This document shows, in pieces, positions 51,681 through 64,000 of a stretch of 64,000 bases of DNA. Positions within the stretch are counted from its first letter, which is position 1. Each line of letters begins with the position of its first letter. This DNA comes from Lama guanicoe (Eukaryota): contig MU053881.1 of NCBI GenBank assembly GCA_013239625.1, forward strand, positions 5,479,957 to 5,543,956. The letters are read 5' to 3'. The notes beneath the pieces were generated by a model. It had not been told where the DNA came from. It saw only the letters and a program-made list of their open reading frames with translations, and ran no database searches. The position numbers were made by a program, and so were the translations under genes.

Positions 51681-53900
51681 GCTGGCCTGCTGGCTGCCCC
51701 CAGGTCCCTCCTGCTCCTTTTCGTTGTTGTTAGCATTTCCTACTCTACGGCGTGAAATTTATTTTCCCTGCTCTGAATTCCGTATGAATGAATTTAGTTC
51801 TGAGGAATTACCAGTGAAAACTTCCATCTGTGATGGAGACCAACAAAAATAATTAATAAAACACAAAGAGCCAGCCTTCGAGACTCATGTAATTACAATT
51901 TCTAATTCGAGAGGCAGTTAAGAAATAGAGAACCATTTATTTTAAAATACCCAACAACTATGTGACGGCTATATTTAAATGATTCGGACTGTAAATAGAA
52001 CACCGCATCCGTGAAGAACAGCACCAAGCACCTTGTGAATACAGAATTCTTAAAAATTAGAATACAATTTCCAGGAATCACCGGTAACAGTTATAGAACT
52101 TGAGCTTTTAAAAATGGAAACAAAAAGAGCAGTATTTGAGGTCCCCTTCTTTTCTGGTCTTAATTCTTAGCTCAGTTAATGTTTAGCCATAAAGGAGTAG
52201 AGACTGGCAAATTGTGTTTCAATATTGCTTGCCCCATCCCCATATGTTGAGCTCCTTACTTTACATTCACACTAAATTTTGGTGCCTTCCAGCACGTTGG
52301 TGCCAGCACCTTTCTGGAACACTAGGCAATAATTTAGTCAGTGAATTCAGATCTCTGATTTTCAACTGGTACTTAGTTGAAAAGTCTCTTGTCCTCTTGC
52401 TGCAGAAGTATTTTGAAATGTCTTTATAATGAAGTTGTTTTCATAACCAGGTTTAGAAGATCACTACTATATAATACCTTCATTGATCTACCCACTCTGT
52501 TTGGAATTTCTCAGAGCTAACTGTGCCCCCAGCTGCATGGATCCTAGGCCAGGGGATGCAGGGAATCAAGTACGGCTTGTTAAGAGGATAAGAAACTATC
52601 TCTTCTCCCTGAGTTTGCAGGAGAGGGTATAAGGAGAACCCATTCTATCTGTGCCTGGAATGATTGTGCCTATCTTCAATCTTTTGAAAAAAATTTCGAC
52701 TTATAATTTACTAGTGTGAAAGATTACTGTCATCACTTAAACATCGGCTGTGAGACCAGATGATGAAACGTTGCTTCTGTACTTCAGTGTTTCCCACAGC
52801 TCTCTGTGACCTCTGGTTGTGGTGGATGAGAGTTTTCCTCTCTCATCTTTCCTAGCAAAGAGGCAGGTTAAGAACCATATGCAGACTAGATTAGAGGACT
52901 GACAAATTCAGTGAGATAACCTGATTCTTCTGTACTGTGACTGCTAAAAAGCTACCAAGGATTATATTTAATTTGGAGCTGTTTCAAAGTTAATTCCATA
53001 AGTGAGAAGAGGGCTCCCACCTGCTGTGTGAACCCCTGAAAATCCATGAGATGGAAAAGTAGAGGCAAGAAGGCACTTAATGTTCTCAAATGGGAAATAA
53101 ACCTCCACACCTATTTTGGATGTGAAGCACCATTATTAATTTTAATGGCAAAGCAAAACTGCTAATCAGTTTAAATGTAATGTTTAAAATGGTATTCAAT
53201 TTCCTATATAGCCTAATTAGACATAATATCTATAATTGTAACATATGTTTCTGAGAGCTTTAACTACTTCTCTTTTTTTATGCAATCATTTTAAAGATTG
53301 TGGCTACATCTAATTTAGGTTTGCTGATAATTGGATCTAAATTCAACAGGAGACAGCAGCATTAATTCCAAAGGAGTATTTTTGTATGTGGAAGTGGAGG
53401 TACACAAGGGTATTTCAATATATAATGCCCTGTCATCAGAAAGTTTCTTTGTTAATTTGTGTGCCACATTGAATAGCAACATCTCTCAAAGTTTGTCGAC
53501 TGGAAAGAAAAAAGTGTTCAAATCTATTTTTCTTAAGTAAATTTTGTGATACAATAATCTATGGTTGGTAAAAGGTTTTTTGTTGAGGATTTGAGCTCTC
53601 TTAAGAGCTCAGTTTATTTTAAAGGAACATACACATTGAATAACAACTTTCTGGGCATGTTTAACTAACCTAGGTAAGAAAACCATGGTGCTGTTTAATT
53701 GTAAATAGATTGATATAAGATTGGACCAATACTTGATGTGTACAATTTTAGTATGTAGGGTTTTTGTGCTTTTTTTAAAAAAAAAAAAGTTCAATTTTTC
53801 CTTTGTCTTTGCCTTTATTCTGGGTTTTTAATTATTATTACTCTCCACAATAAGAGTAATCTGCTTCATTCTGATAAAACCTTTAAAAAGATTGTCCCTC
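51681..53900 (+). other. UBTD2: Probable UBTD2 3' UTR (distal end uncertain)
   Basis: AT-rich stretch with no recognisable repeat after the stop codon. AATAAA at 51855-51860 and 53096-53101. Repeats resume at about 54270. Confidence 0.6.
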
Positions 53901-54270
53901 TTTTCAAAACCTCAGCTCAGTAAATAGCAAGTTCATCATCACCAAACTTAGGCTCTGTTGTGTTAAACTATACATGGTCAGTGTTAGATACGCTTTATTT
54001 GCTGCATTGAAATCTTGGTCGATATTGGGTTGTTGGTTTTTCTTTTTTAAGAATCATGTTGTAAACCAAAGCTCATAATTAAGTTTTTCAGAAGCACTGA
54101 GCTCATTTCTTGATCCATTTTGGATCAAAATAGGTGATACATGGGGAAAAAAATCCAAACTACCGAAGTGAAAAGCCCCTCTTCCACTCCTGTTCTTCAT
54201 CTCCTGCGTGTTCTCCCCAGACGTGACAGCTGTTGCCAGTCTCCTGGATCTCTTTAAAATACTCTAAGCA

Positions 54271-54458
54271 CGGGGGTTCTCAGACTTGAGCATGCAACAG
54301 AATTAACCTGGAAGGCTTATTAAAGCGCAGGTTGCTGGGCTCTTCCCCCAGCGGTTCCAAGTTAGTAGGTGTGAGTTGGACCCAGTTGTTCGCATTTCTA
54401 AGAGTTCCCAGGTGCTGCTGCTGCTGCTAGTCTGGGGATCCCAGCGTGAGAACCCCTG
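54271..54458. mobile_element. MER5A-type hAT DNA transposon, full length
   Basis: Terminal inverted repeats cgggggttctca and tgagaacccctg, 188 bp long, flanked by degenerate ctcta-containing TSDs. Confidence 0.85.
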
Positions 54459-54469
54459 CTCTAGTGTAT

Positions 54470-55440
54470 ATGCCTGTATCCACCCACCTTACCCTGTTTC
54501 TTTCCATAAATGTGCTATTCTATACATTTGATTTTTCTCTAACATGATGAATGTTAGAGATTGTTCCACATAGGTCGAGCTAGATCCGCTTCGTTCCTCT
54601 GACGGCTGCAATGGTATTCCATTGTTTGCAGTGCCACGGTATTTCAGACTCTCAATTCTGGTCAGCCTGGCTGTTTCCAGTCTCGCTGCTGCAAACCATG
54701 CTGCTGTGAAAAGTCCTTTTCCATAGCTACATCTTTGCATCTGTGTATACCTGCAGAACACGCTCCTGAAGAGGGAGCATTGCTACGTGAAACAGTATTC
54801 ATGTTTAGAGAGCAGAGGTGCTGAATGGCCCTCCACATAGGTTGTACAGTTTAATACTAACGCAGTGTGACTGCTCTTACTTCCCTATACCCTTGACCGA
54901 CTTTTTGATCCTTGACAATCTAGGTAAAAACCTGTGTCCTGTGTTTTTACTTCTGAGGGTTTTTTTCTTTGTGTGAAATTTAGCATTTTACTGTATATTT
55001 TAAGGCCATTTGTTCTTTTTTCCTGTGAATTGTCTGTTTGCCCATATTCCTAGTGCATGTTGGTCTTTAGTCTCTATTTTTTTATAGTAAGGAGATTAGT
55101 CATTTTCTGTCATGTATTATGATGTTTTTTGTGTAACTTACCATGTGCAAATGTTAGGTTTTTGCATGGTCAGATCTATCAGTCTTGTATTTTATGGCAT
55201 CTTTTTTTTTTCCCTCCTAACTTCAAAAATTCTTACCCACTGAGATTATAAAAAAATTTGTCTCATGTTTTTAGTATTTCTTTTATGATTTCATTATCTG
55301 GAGTTTATTTGGGTGCAAGGAATAGAGTAATAGCCCAGACTTATTTTCTTTCCAGATAGCTAGTTAGCTATCCCACTTTACCAGATCAACTTATTGAATA
55401 ATTTTCATATGTTTTTTTCTTACCAGTGTGAAAAAAACCT
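54470..55440 (-). mobile_element. Old L1 fragment
   Basis: Decayed L1 antisense motifs (ggctgcaatggtattccattg; aggccatttg...tttcctgtgaattgtctgtt). Confidence 0.6.
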
Positions 55441-56769
55441 ACTATTTTACAATAATTTTTTTTACTTTTTTAATGGTCTTTTGTTGCTAATTGGATGGAT
55501 TAACAAATATATCCATATCTACCTCCAAATCTCCAATGCCATGCTTTAGTATTTACTTATGGAAAAGAGAAAAGAGGAGAAATGTGACTGTATCCCTTGC
55601 TATAGCCAATCTCCTGTGAATTTTGTCCTCTTGCTCTGTAGGGACAGCTGACATACGTAACTGCCCATGTCAGCAGGTGTCGGCAAAGTAGGTTTGGCCT
55701 TTTTTAATCTTTGTGTTTAACATGAGGCTTGTGAGAGCTCAGGACTAGTGCAAGAGATGTTCTTTCACTTTGCTTAGGTAGCCCTCTCTCAAATTCTTTC
55801 CTCTTTACAGCTGATGTAGATTGTGGAGGAACCAGTCCCATGGCCCTGGGCTGAAACTGGACTCATCTCTTCAGCCACGCCTGCTGTTCACCTGCCCCTG
55901 GGAGTGCTCCTCCTCAACCTGCTGCCTAGGCTTCTGAAGAAACACATGCTTTCTTGACCAAGTAATTCTAACATAGCTATGACATAGAAACAATGCAGAG
56001 TGTTACTGCCATTCAAAAACATAGCTAAACGTTCTTGGTCTAAACTCTACCCTTAAAAGCGCAAGTGGATTAATTCACTGTGGAGACAGTGAAACTTAAC
56101 TGAAGCATCTACACGCACACCTACGAATACACATTTAAAAAAAATTTAAGTCACATAATGTAATTGAGAAAGAAGCCCTAAAGTGGACACTGACAGACTG
56201 GTTTCTTTGTTGTACCCCTAGTCCCCAAAGCGCCACTTTAACTGGTGCAGTTGAATTTTAGTTTTCACACTGAGTTTCGGGTTGGGCTTCTCAGAGCTAA
56301 ATGCTCAGTCTCCTGATTACATTCTAGAACCACCCAGTTTGTGAAAAAGCTCTCAAAAGGATTTTTTTTTTAATCTAATAGATCACGGTACTTTTTATAA
56401 TCACCTTGATGATTTCCAGGGAGGAGGGAGTAACTACCGGCTCATTCCTGAAACAAGTTTGACTCATGAACAGACAGTCTTAGCTGAGCAATATTCTTGT
56501 CTGGTGCACGGACAAAGTGATTTTCGGTGATTGTTAGTGCTCTGGAACTCGCTGAATGCCTTACGGTCAGTTACATTGCACAATGTATCCTTAACAGATT
56601 CTTGGTTTGTAGTAAAGGAGCTGTGTTTCTTTACTTGCCAAACTTGTTCCTCAGAAATCTATGCTAGAAGGAGATGTGGTGATTAGCATTATGCAGAAGG
56701 GAGCTCTGAGCCATGAAATGCTAAACAAGCTGCTAACACTGGAGTGTTACTCAGATCGCTTGCTCTAAG

Positions 56770-56975
56770 CACAAGCATCTAATTGATCTTGGATGTGAAT
56801 TCTGGTCCTACCACTGTAAGTCATGTGCTCGGATAAGTTTCTTGATCTTGACACTTCAATTTCCTCCCTTGTAAATTGAGGATAACACCTAATTCACAGG
56901 GTTAGGACGACAAAGTCATGCCTCTCAAGCACCTGCCTTACCCATAGCAAGCACTTGCTAAATGGTGGCTATGCT
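56770..56975. mobile_element. MIR SINE
   Basis: gtgaattctggtcctaccact...tttcctcccttgtaaattgaggataacacctaattcacaggg. Confidence 0.7.
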
Positions 56976-57576
56976 TAGTGTCACAGTGCAACCAGGTAGA
57001 GAGGATTCACAAGCCCTGAGCTAAAAACACTTAAAAATTATTCAAGGGGTTAATTACACAAAAAATTAAAATTATACAAGGGCATGTAATAATTATCTTA
57101 CCCTAGTAGATTTGGTCCAGTTGCTTAAGCCCCTAACTGGTCGAAGAATAACTCAAGTTCTAGGAAGAACACAGTCCCCATATCCTTAAAAGGCAGTTTC
57201 CCTTAAGGTTAGAAGCATTTCACCACTTGCCATTTTGGAAGTTTGTTTTTGCCTCAGGATTGGGAGGATAGAAAAAGATTCTGAAAGCATGGGCCAATAG
57301 TGACAAATACTCGGAAAGCATCACCTTCCAACTGCTTAGCCCCGGCGAGAGTTGGTAATTATGTGGATGCACAGGGAGGGACTTAGTGGACAGGGTTGAT
57401 CTGCAAAGCAGCAGCAGAACTGGGGCGTGTCAACAAAGAGAAAGTGGTTACTTCACATTATTGTGGGTCATATGTGAGTCCAAAGGTCATGAAAGTTAAG
57501 AGCCTGCTGTCTGAGGGGCATTCATCTATACCTTGCATGTGTAAAAACACAAAGACATCCACTTTGATGTTCTAAG

Positions 57577-57582
57577 TTTATT
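57577..57582 (-). terminator. EFCAB9: EFCAB9 polyadenylation signal AATAAA
   Basis: tttatt on the + strand, 10 nt after the TAA stop. Followed on the minus strand by a GT-rich element (GATGTCTTTGTGTTTTT). Confidence 0.75.
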
Positions 57583-57592
57583 TTTAGATATG

Positions 57593-57784
57593 TTAAAAGT
57601 TGTAACTACTTAAACTTTCAGATCCATTTATTCCATGACTCACTCTTGGGCTCTCATTAACTTGACGTGACACTTTCTTTTTGATCAGAGCTTTCTCTTT
57701 CTTCTCTCTCTTTGCCTTCTGCCTCTCCTGGTATTTGTCCATGGAGAAGATAGTAAACAGCTTAAATTCCTTGTAATTAATACG
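57593..57784 (-). CDS. EFCAB9: EFCAB9 coding exon 4 with stop
   Basis: Pyrimidine tract then acataag|CGT. Encodes RINYKEFKLFTIFSMDKYQERQKAKREKKEKALIKKKVSRQVNESPRVSHGINGSESLSSYNF*. Exon lengths 136+149+177+192 = 654 nt = 217 aa plus stop. Confidence 0.92.
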   Translation of the reverse strand, partial: RINYKEFKLFTIFSMDKYQERQKAKREKKEKALIKKKVSRQVNESPRVSHGINGSESLSSYNF

Positions 57785-58343
57785 CTTATGTTGGAGGGAA
57801 AAAAGAAAAATTATTTCAGGGAGAATTTGATACTTTATTTCAGATGATGGCAGGACTGTAATCATTTCACATTTAAAAACCTGGAAACTTTATTAGAGAG
57901 GCCCAGTATTTAGGACATAATTATAGTCTGTAGTTTAGGAGCCAGGAACAGAGAGTCTATTGTGGACTCTGAAGGCACCAAGGGTCACTTTCTTAGTTCT
58001 GTGTCAAGTCCAGACGCATCAGGCTGCCATCTGAGCTTCTCCACAGTGAGAGCCAGCTTTTTAAACCTTAGCCCTCACTTGCTTCCCCAACACAGACTTC
58101 CTCTTTAAACAGGCAGAATTCCCTTTCTTTACCATAGTTGTTTTTTCTTGGGGTTTTTACTTAAGTGTTCCCGCCCAAGAATTTCGTCCTTTCTACTTAC
58201 TCAAATCTATAAACCCATCCCCCAAGACCACAACTCCTGCCATGTTAATCTATTTCCTTCTTTAAACTTGTAAACAAAATGTCCTTACAATTTTTCTGCA
58301 AATTTCTATAATTTTCTATCCATGTTATATGATGTAGCAGTTA

Positions 58344-58706
<363 letters not shown>

Positions 58707-59366
58707 CTATTTTGAGAGAAATATGTAAGAAAAGGAACGGTGCCGTTGGCGCTACTTTCTAAACTTGCTGCATCAAGACATAGTCACTAGTCCATTCCCT
58801 AGAGAGCTTAAAGACAAAGGGTAGAGTCACAGCAGCTCAGGGTTGAGGGGGTTCTGTGGTCAGTGTACCAAGTCCTGTGGCAGCACCTGCATTCAGGGGG
58901 CACTGCCGCCCCCTGCAGTGACTAGGTCTGCTGGACAGAGCTCTGGTTGCTAAAATGCATTTCCTTCATGTTCCTTGAAAATCTACTTCCGGAAATTGCG
59001 GCACTGGTAATAAAATGATGAAGACACACGGTGCCTTTCCTCGAGAAGTGGGAAATAGGTAAATACACACTAGGAGTGTGTGCAAGGTAAGGTGGGAACC
59101 CGAAGAAGAGCGTTTCTCATCTCCACCATTCATCTCTTTCAGAAAATTCTCTGAAAAGGGATCATTGAGGGAGAGAGGCTTTGGGATTACCAGTGATTAT
59201 TTAAAACCCACCAGCTAAAACGGGCAAGGAAGGGCATGCCAAGAAGGGACGCAACAGGGTGAGACCAGCTCTTTAGGAAGGCAGTGTGGGAGGGAGGCTG
59301 GGTAGCCTTTGGGAATTTCTAGGTTATAGGTGGACCATTTAAGAACCAAAAGTAGTTCTCCCCTCA

Positions 59367-59705
<339 letters not shown>

Positions 59706-60789
59706 CTAAACACCTAGGAGTCACATAAATAGTAGTCATGTTGAAAGCTTGCTGACCCGGCAGTGGTAATAAATAGTTTGTTTCGGCTTTGCCACGATAC
59801 CTTCCACAATTCCTCAAACCCTAATTGCCCTTGGGCTGTGTGGAAAAGCACTATGCCTGGACTTGCGGAGATGGAGATAATGGATAGGGCTGGGCTTGGT
59901 TTCTGAGCCCAGCAGTACGCTCGACGGAGCACACAGATGCGTATACGTAACCAGTGAAAGTCTCAAAGTGCTCCTCGTACGTGGGAGGAAGAGCTCGATT
60001 CTCAGTGGGGACCCAGGACACTTTATTGCAAAAACTGGCATTTCACCTGGGCCTTTCACTTGAGATTTTAAAACGAGAAATTCAAAATTCATCCCTCTTC
60101 TATAAAACTTAAGACTGTGCCTTCACTCTTTCAGGCCATCATCCAGTCCCTTGGTGACCAGAAGACAGGAACATGACTTTACCTCTCGGGTGTTGCATCA
60201 CCAGGGAGTGGTCTGGTTGCCAGGGAGAGCAAACTCAGCTCAGCAAACTCCAGTGAGACTCAGAGGGTGGACTTCGGAGTCAGAAACCCTTGGGTTTCAG
60301 TCCCAGCTCTTCTGTTTACATCTGGGTGCCCTACCGTTGCCTTATCTAGGACTGCGGATTATCTGTTGTGGGGATTTGGTGACATACTGTGTATAAATCT
60401 ACATGTAAAAAGAAAAACTGAGACATGAAAGTATGAAAAAATGAAGGTGTCTATTATTTTATAAAGCTTGAACTCTTTAAAAAAATCTTTATGGAAGAAA
60501 CTATTGGTAAATGACTTTTCTCTCAGGTCACAATGAATGGATAGGACACCTTACTTAAACCCCATCCTTAAAAAAAAAACACTAAAGTATTTTAACTGAT
60601 CTATTAGTTTGTGCACTCAAAGGCAGGGTCAAGATCATCAACACGTTTTGGTCACTCCCAAGTACCAAGAAGTAGAAGGGATCTTGCAGATTATCTGTTC
60701 AACCTCCCATTCGATAGGTGAAAAGTCTTGCTGAGGGAGAGTCTTGGGGGTTAATGCCTGAGTGGGACTCAGCCCCCAGGAATAACTGT

Positions 60790-61030
60790 AATAGTAATGA
60801 ACACTTATTAAACCCTTATGGCGGCCAGGCACTGAGCTAAGTATTTCCATACATTATCTCAATTATTCTTTCTCCAACTGTGAGAGGGACTCCATTATTA
60901 GAAGCCTCACAGATGAAGCAAATGAGACTTAAAAAAGGTGATGGCATTCTCCATATCGTGAGGGAGTAATGGGTGGAGCCAGAATCTAACCCCAGAGCAA
61001 CTTCATCCTCCTCACCGAACTGCTATCCAG
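60790..61030. mobile_element. MIR SINE in EFCAB9 intron 1
   Basis: gccaggcactgagctaagtatttccatacattatctc...acagatgaagcaaatgagact. Confidence 0.7.
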
Positions 61031-61087
61031 TCTCAGGTGGCGATTTTTCTCTGTGCTTCACTTAGAAGTTAAAACAGATAACTGTTA

Positions 61088-61426
<339 letters not shown>

Positions 61427-62559
61427 TCATAGGAAAGAGTCAATAAATTAAAATTGCTTCCTCCAGTTCTCCAGCTTTGCTGTGGATGTTTATTGTCCTC
61501 AATCTCTTGTTACCTTGATTATCCCTCTGTCACTAAGTATAACCAGCTGTAAACTGAAATCACAGGCTGTTTAGAAATGGAGAGAGTGTACACATGAAAG
61601 CCTGTATTAGGCAGCCAAAGTAGTTCTCAGAGGAGTATTTATAGCCCAAATACATTTATGAGAAAACAAAAAAATCTAAATACACAAAAAAGTACTAAAA
61701 GAACCTAGAATTAGTACAATCAAATAAAAGCAAAGAGAGAAGGAACTTCTTAAAGACCAAAGTACGAGTCAACGAACCAAAAAACAAAGCAGTAAACTTG
61801 GTTAGTATAACCAGCACCTTCTCTTTTCTTTGATGTTCTTTATAATAGAGGATTTCAAACACATCCAAACGTAGATGAATAATTAGTAATAAACCTACGT
61901 GTAATAATTACCCAGCTTCAACCATTATCAGTCAACTCAGGGCCAATCTTGTTTCATTTATATTCCCCCTCCCACCGAACCACCATCACTTCTTTTAGTG
62001 ATAAAGACTCTCTGCAGTCTAACCACTCATTAAGCTGTGGGGATGTTTCAAAGTGTTTGGCAAACTTTACTCAGGGCGCCCTTTGTGCAGACCACCACCA
62101 GCACCCCAGGCTTCTGCAGTGGCTTTCCAAATTTAGAACTATACTGGGTGTTTGCCTGCTGCTCAGGAAGGGATGGAAACTCCTCAACATGGACATTCTC
62201 TGTAGGGATAAGGACGGTTGGAGTGTGACATTCTTTGAGACTCGAGTTACTGTAACAAGCGTTGTAGACTGCCCACCCCTCAAGCACTCTCCGTTTGGAA
62301 ACCCACTAAGTAGACTCAGATAAAATGTAACTGCCCTGGAGACAGTTAACAGTGGCAGGTAAAAACAGACCGGATGAGAATGATGGTGATCAAAGAAGAC
62401 TTCAGTTTGTTTGTTTTTGCGAGGGAGATAGGCAGGAAGACTTCAGTTCTATGTATACTGAGCTTATTTAAAAAAAAAATTGGGGGGAAATTAAGCATAA
62501 TAAAGTTTTTGGTTAATAGGCAAATATATCTGAAGAGCCTTCATGAAGCATGTGATAAA

Positions 62560-64000
<1,441 letters not shown>

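Overview
Mammalian genomic DNA, most likely from a camelid: it carries two tRNA-Ala-derived SINEs of the vic-1 type, and I saw no Alu, Bov-tA/BovB, PRE-1 or CAN-SINE. The window holds the syntenic block UBTD2 - EFCAB9 - STK10. UBTD2 (+) is complete: 3 coding exons (12256-12325, 43663-43899, 51283-51680), 705 nt = 234 aa, with a CpG-island promoter. EFCAB9 (-) is complete: 4 coding exons (61306-61171, 59641-59493, 58706-58530, 57784-57593), 654 nt = 217 aa. It is convergent with UBTD2 and head-to-head with STK10 (+), whose CpG island and first coding exon (63498-63653) close the window. The rest is intronic or intergenic DNA rich in L1, L2, MIR, MLT1 LTRs and MER5A. I cannot support a new multi-gene system. 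The leads most worth checking are: a strong-Kozak upstream ATG in frame with UBTD2 and separated from it by a single TAG; overlapping splice donors at UBTD2 exon 1; an AATAAA inside the EFCAB9 coding tail; a palindromic double CTCF-like site; and several ultra-short TSD-flanked retro-insertions, one of which looks like a captured mRNA 3' end. Orthologue comparisons and repeat family names come from memory, not from database searches.
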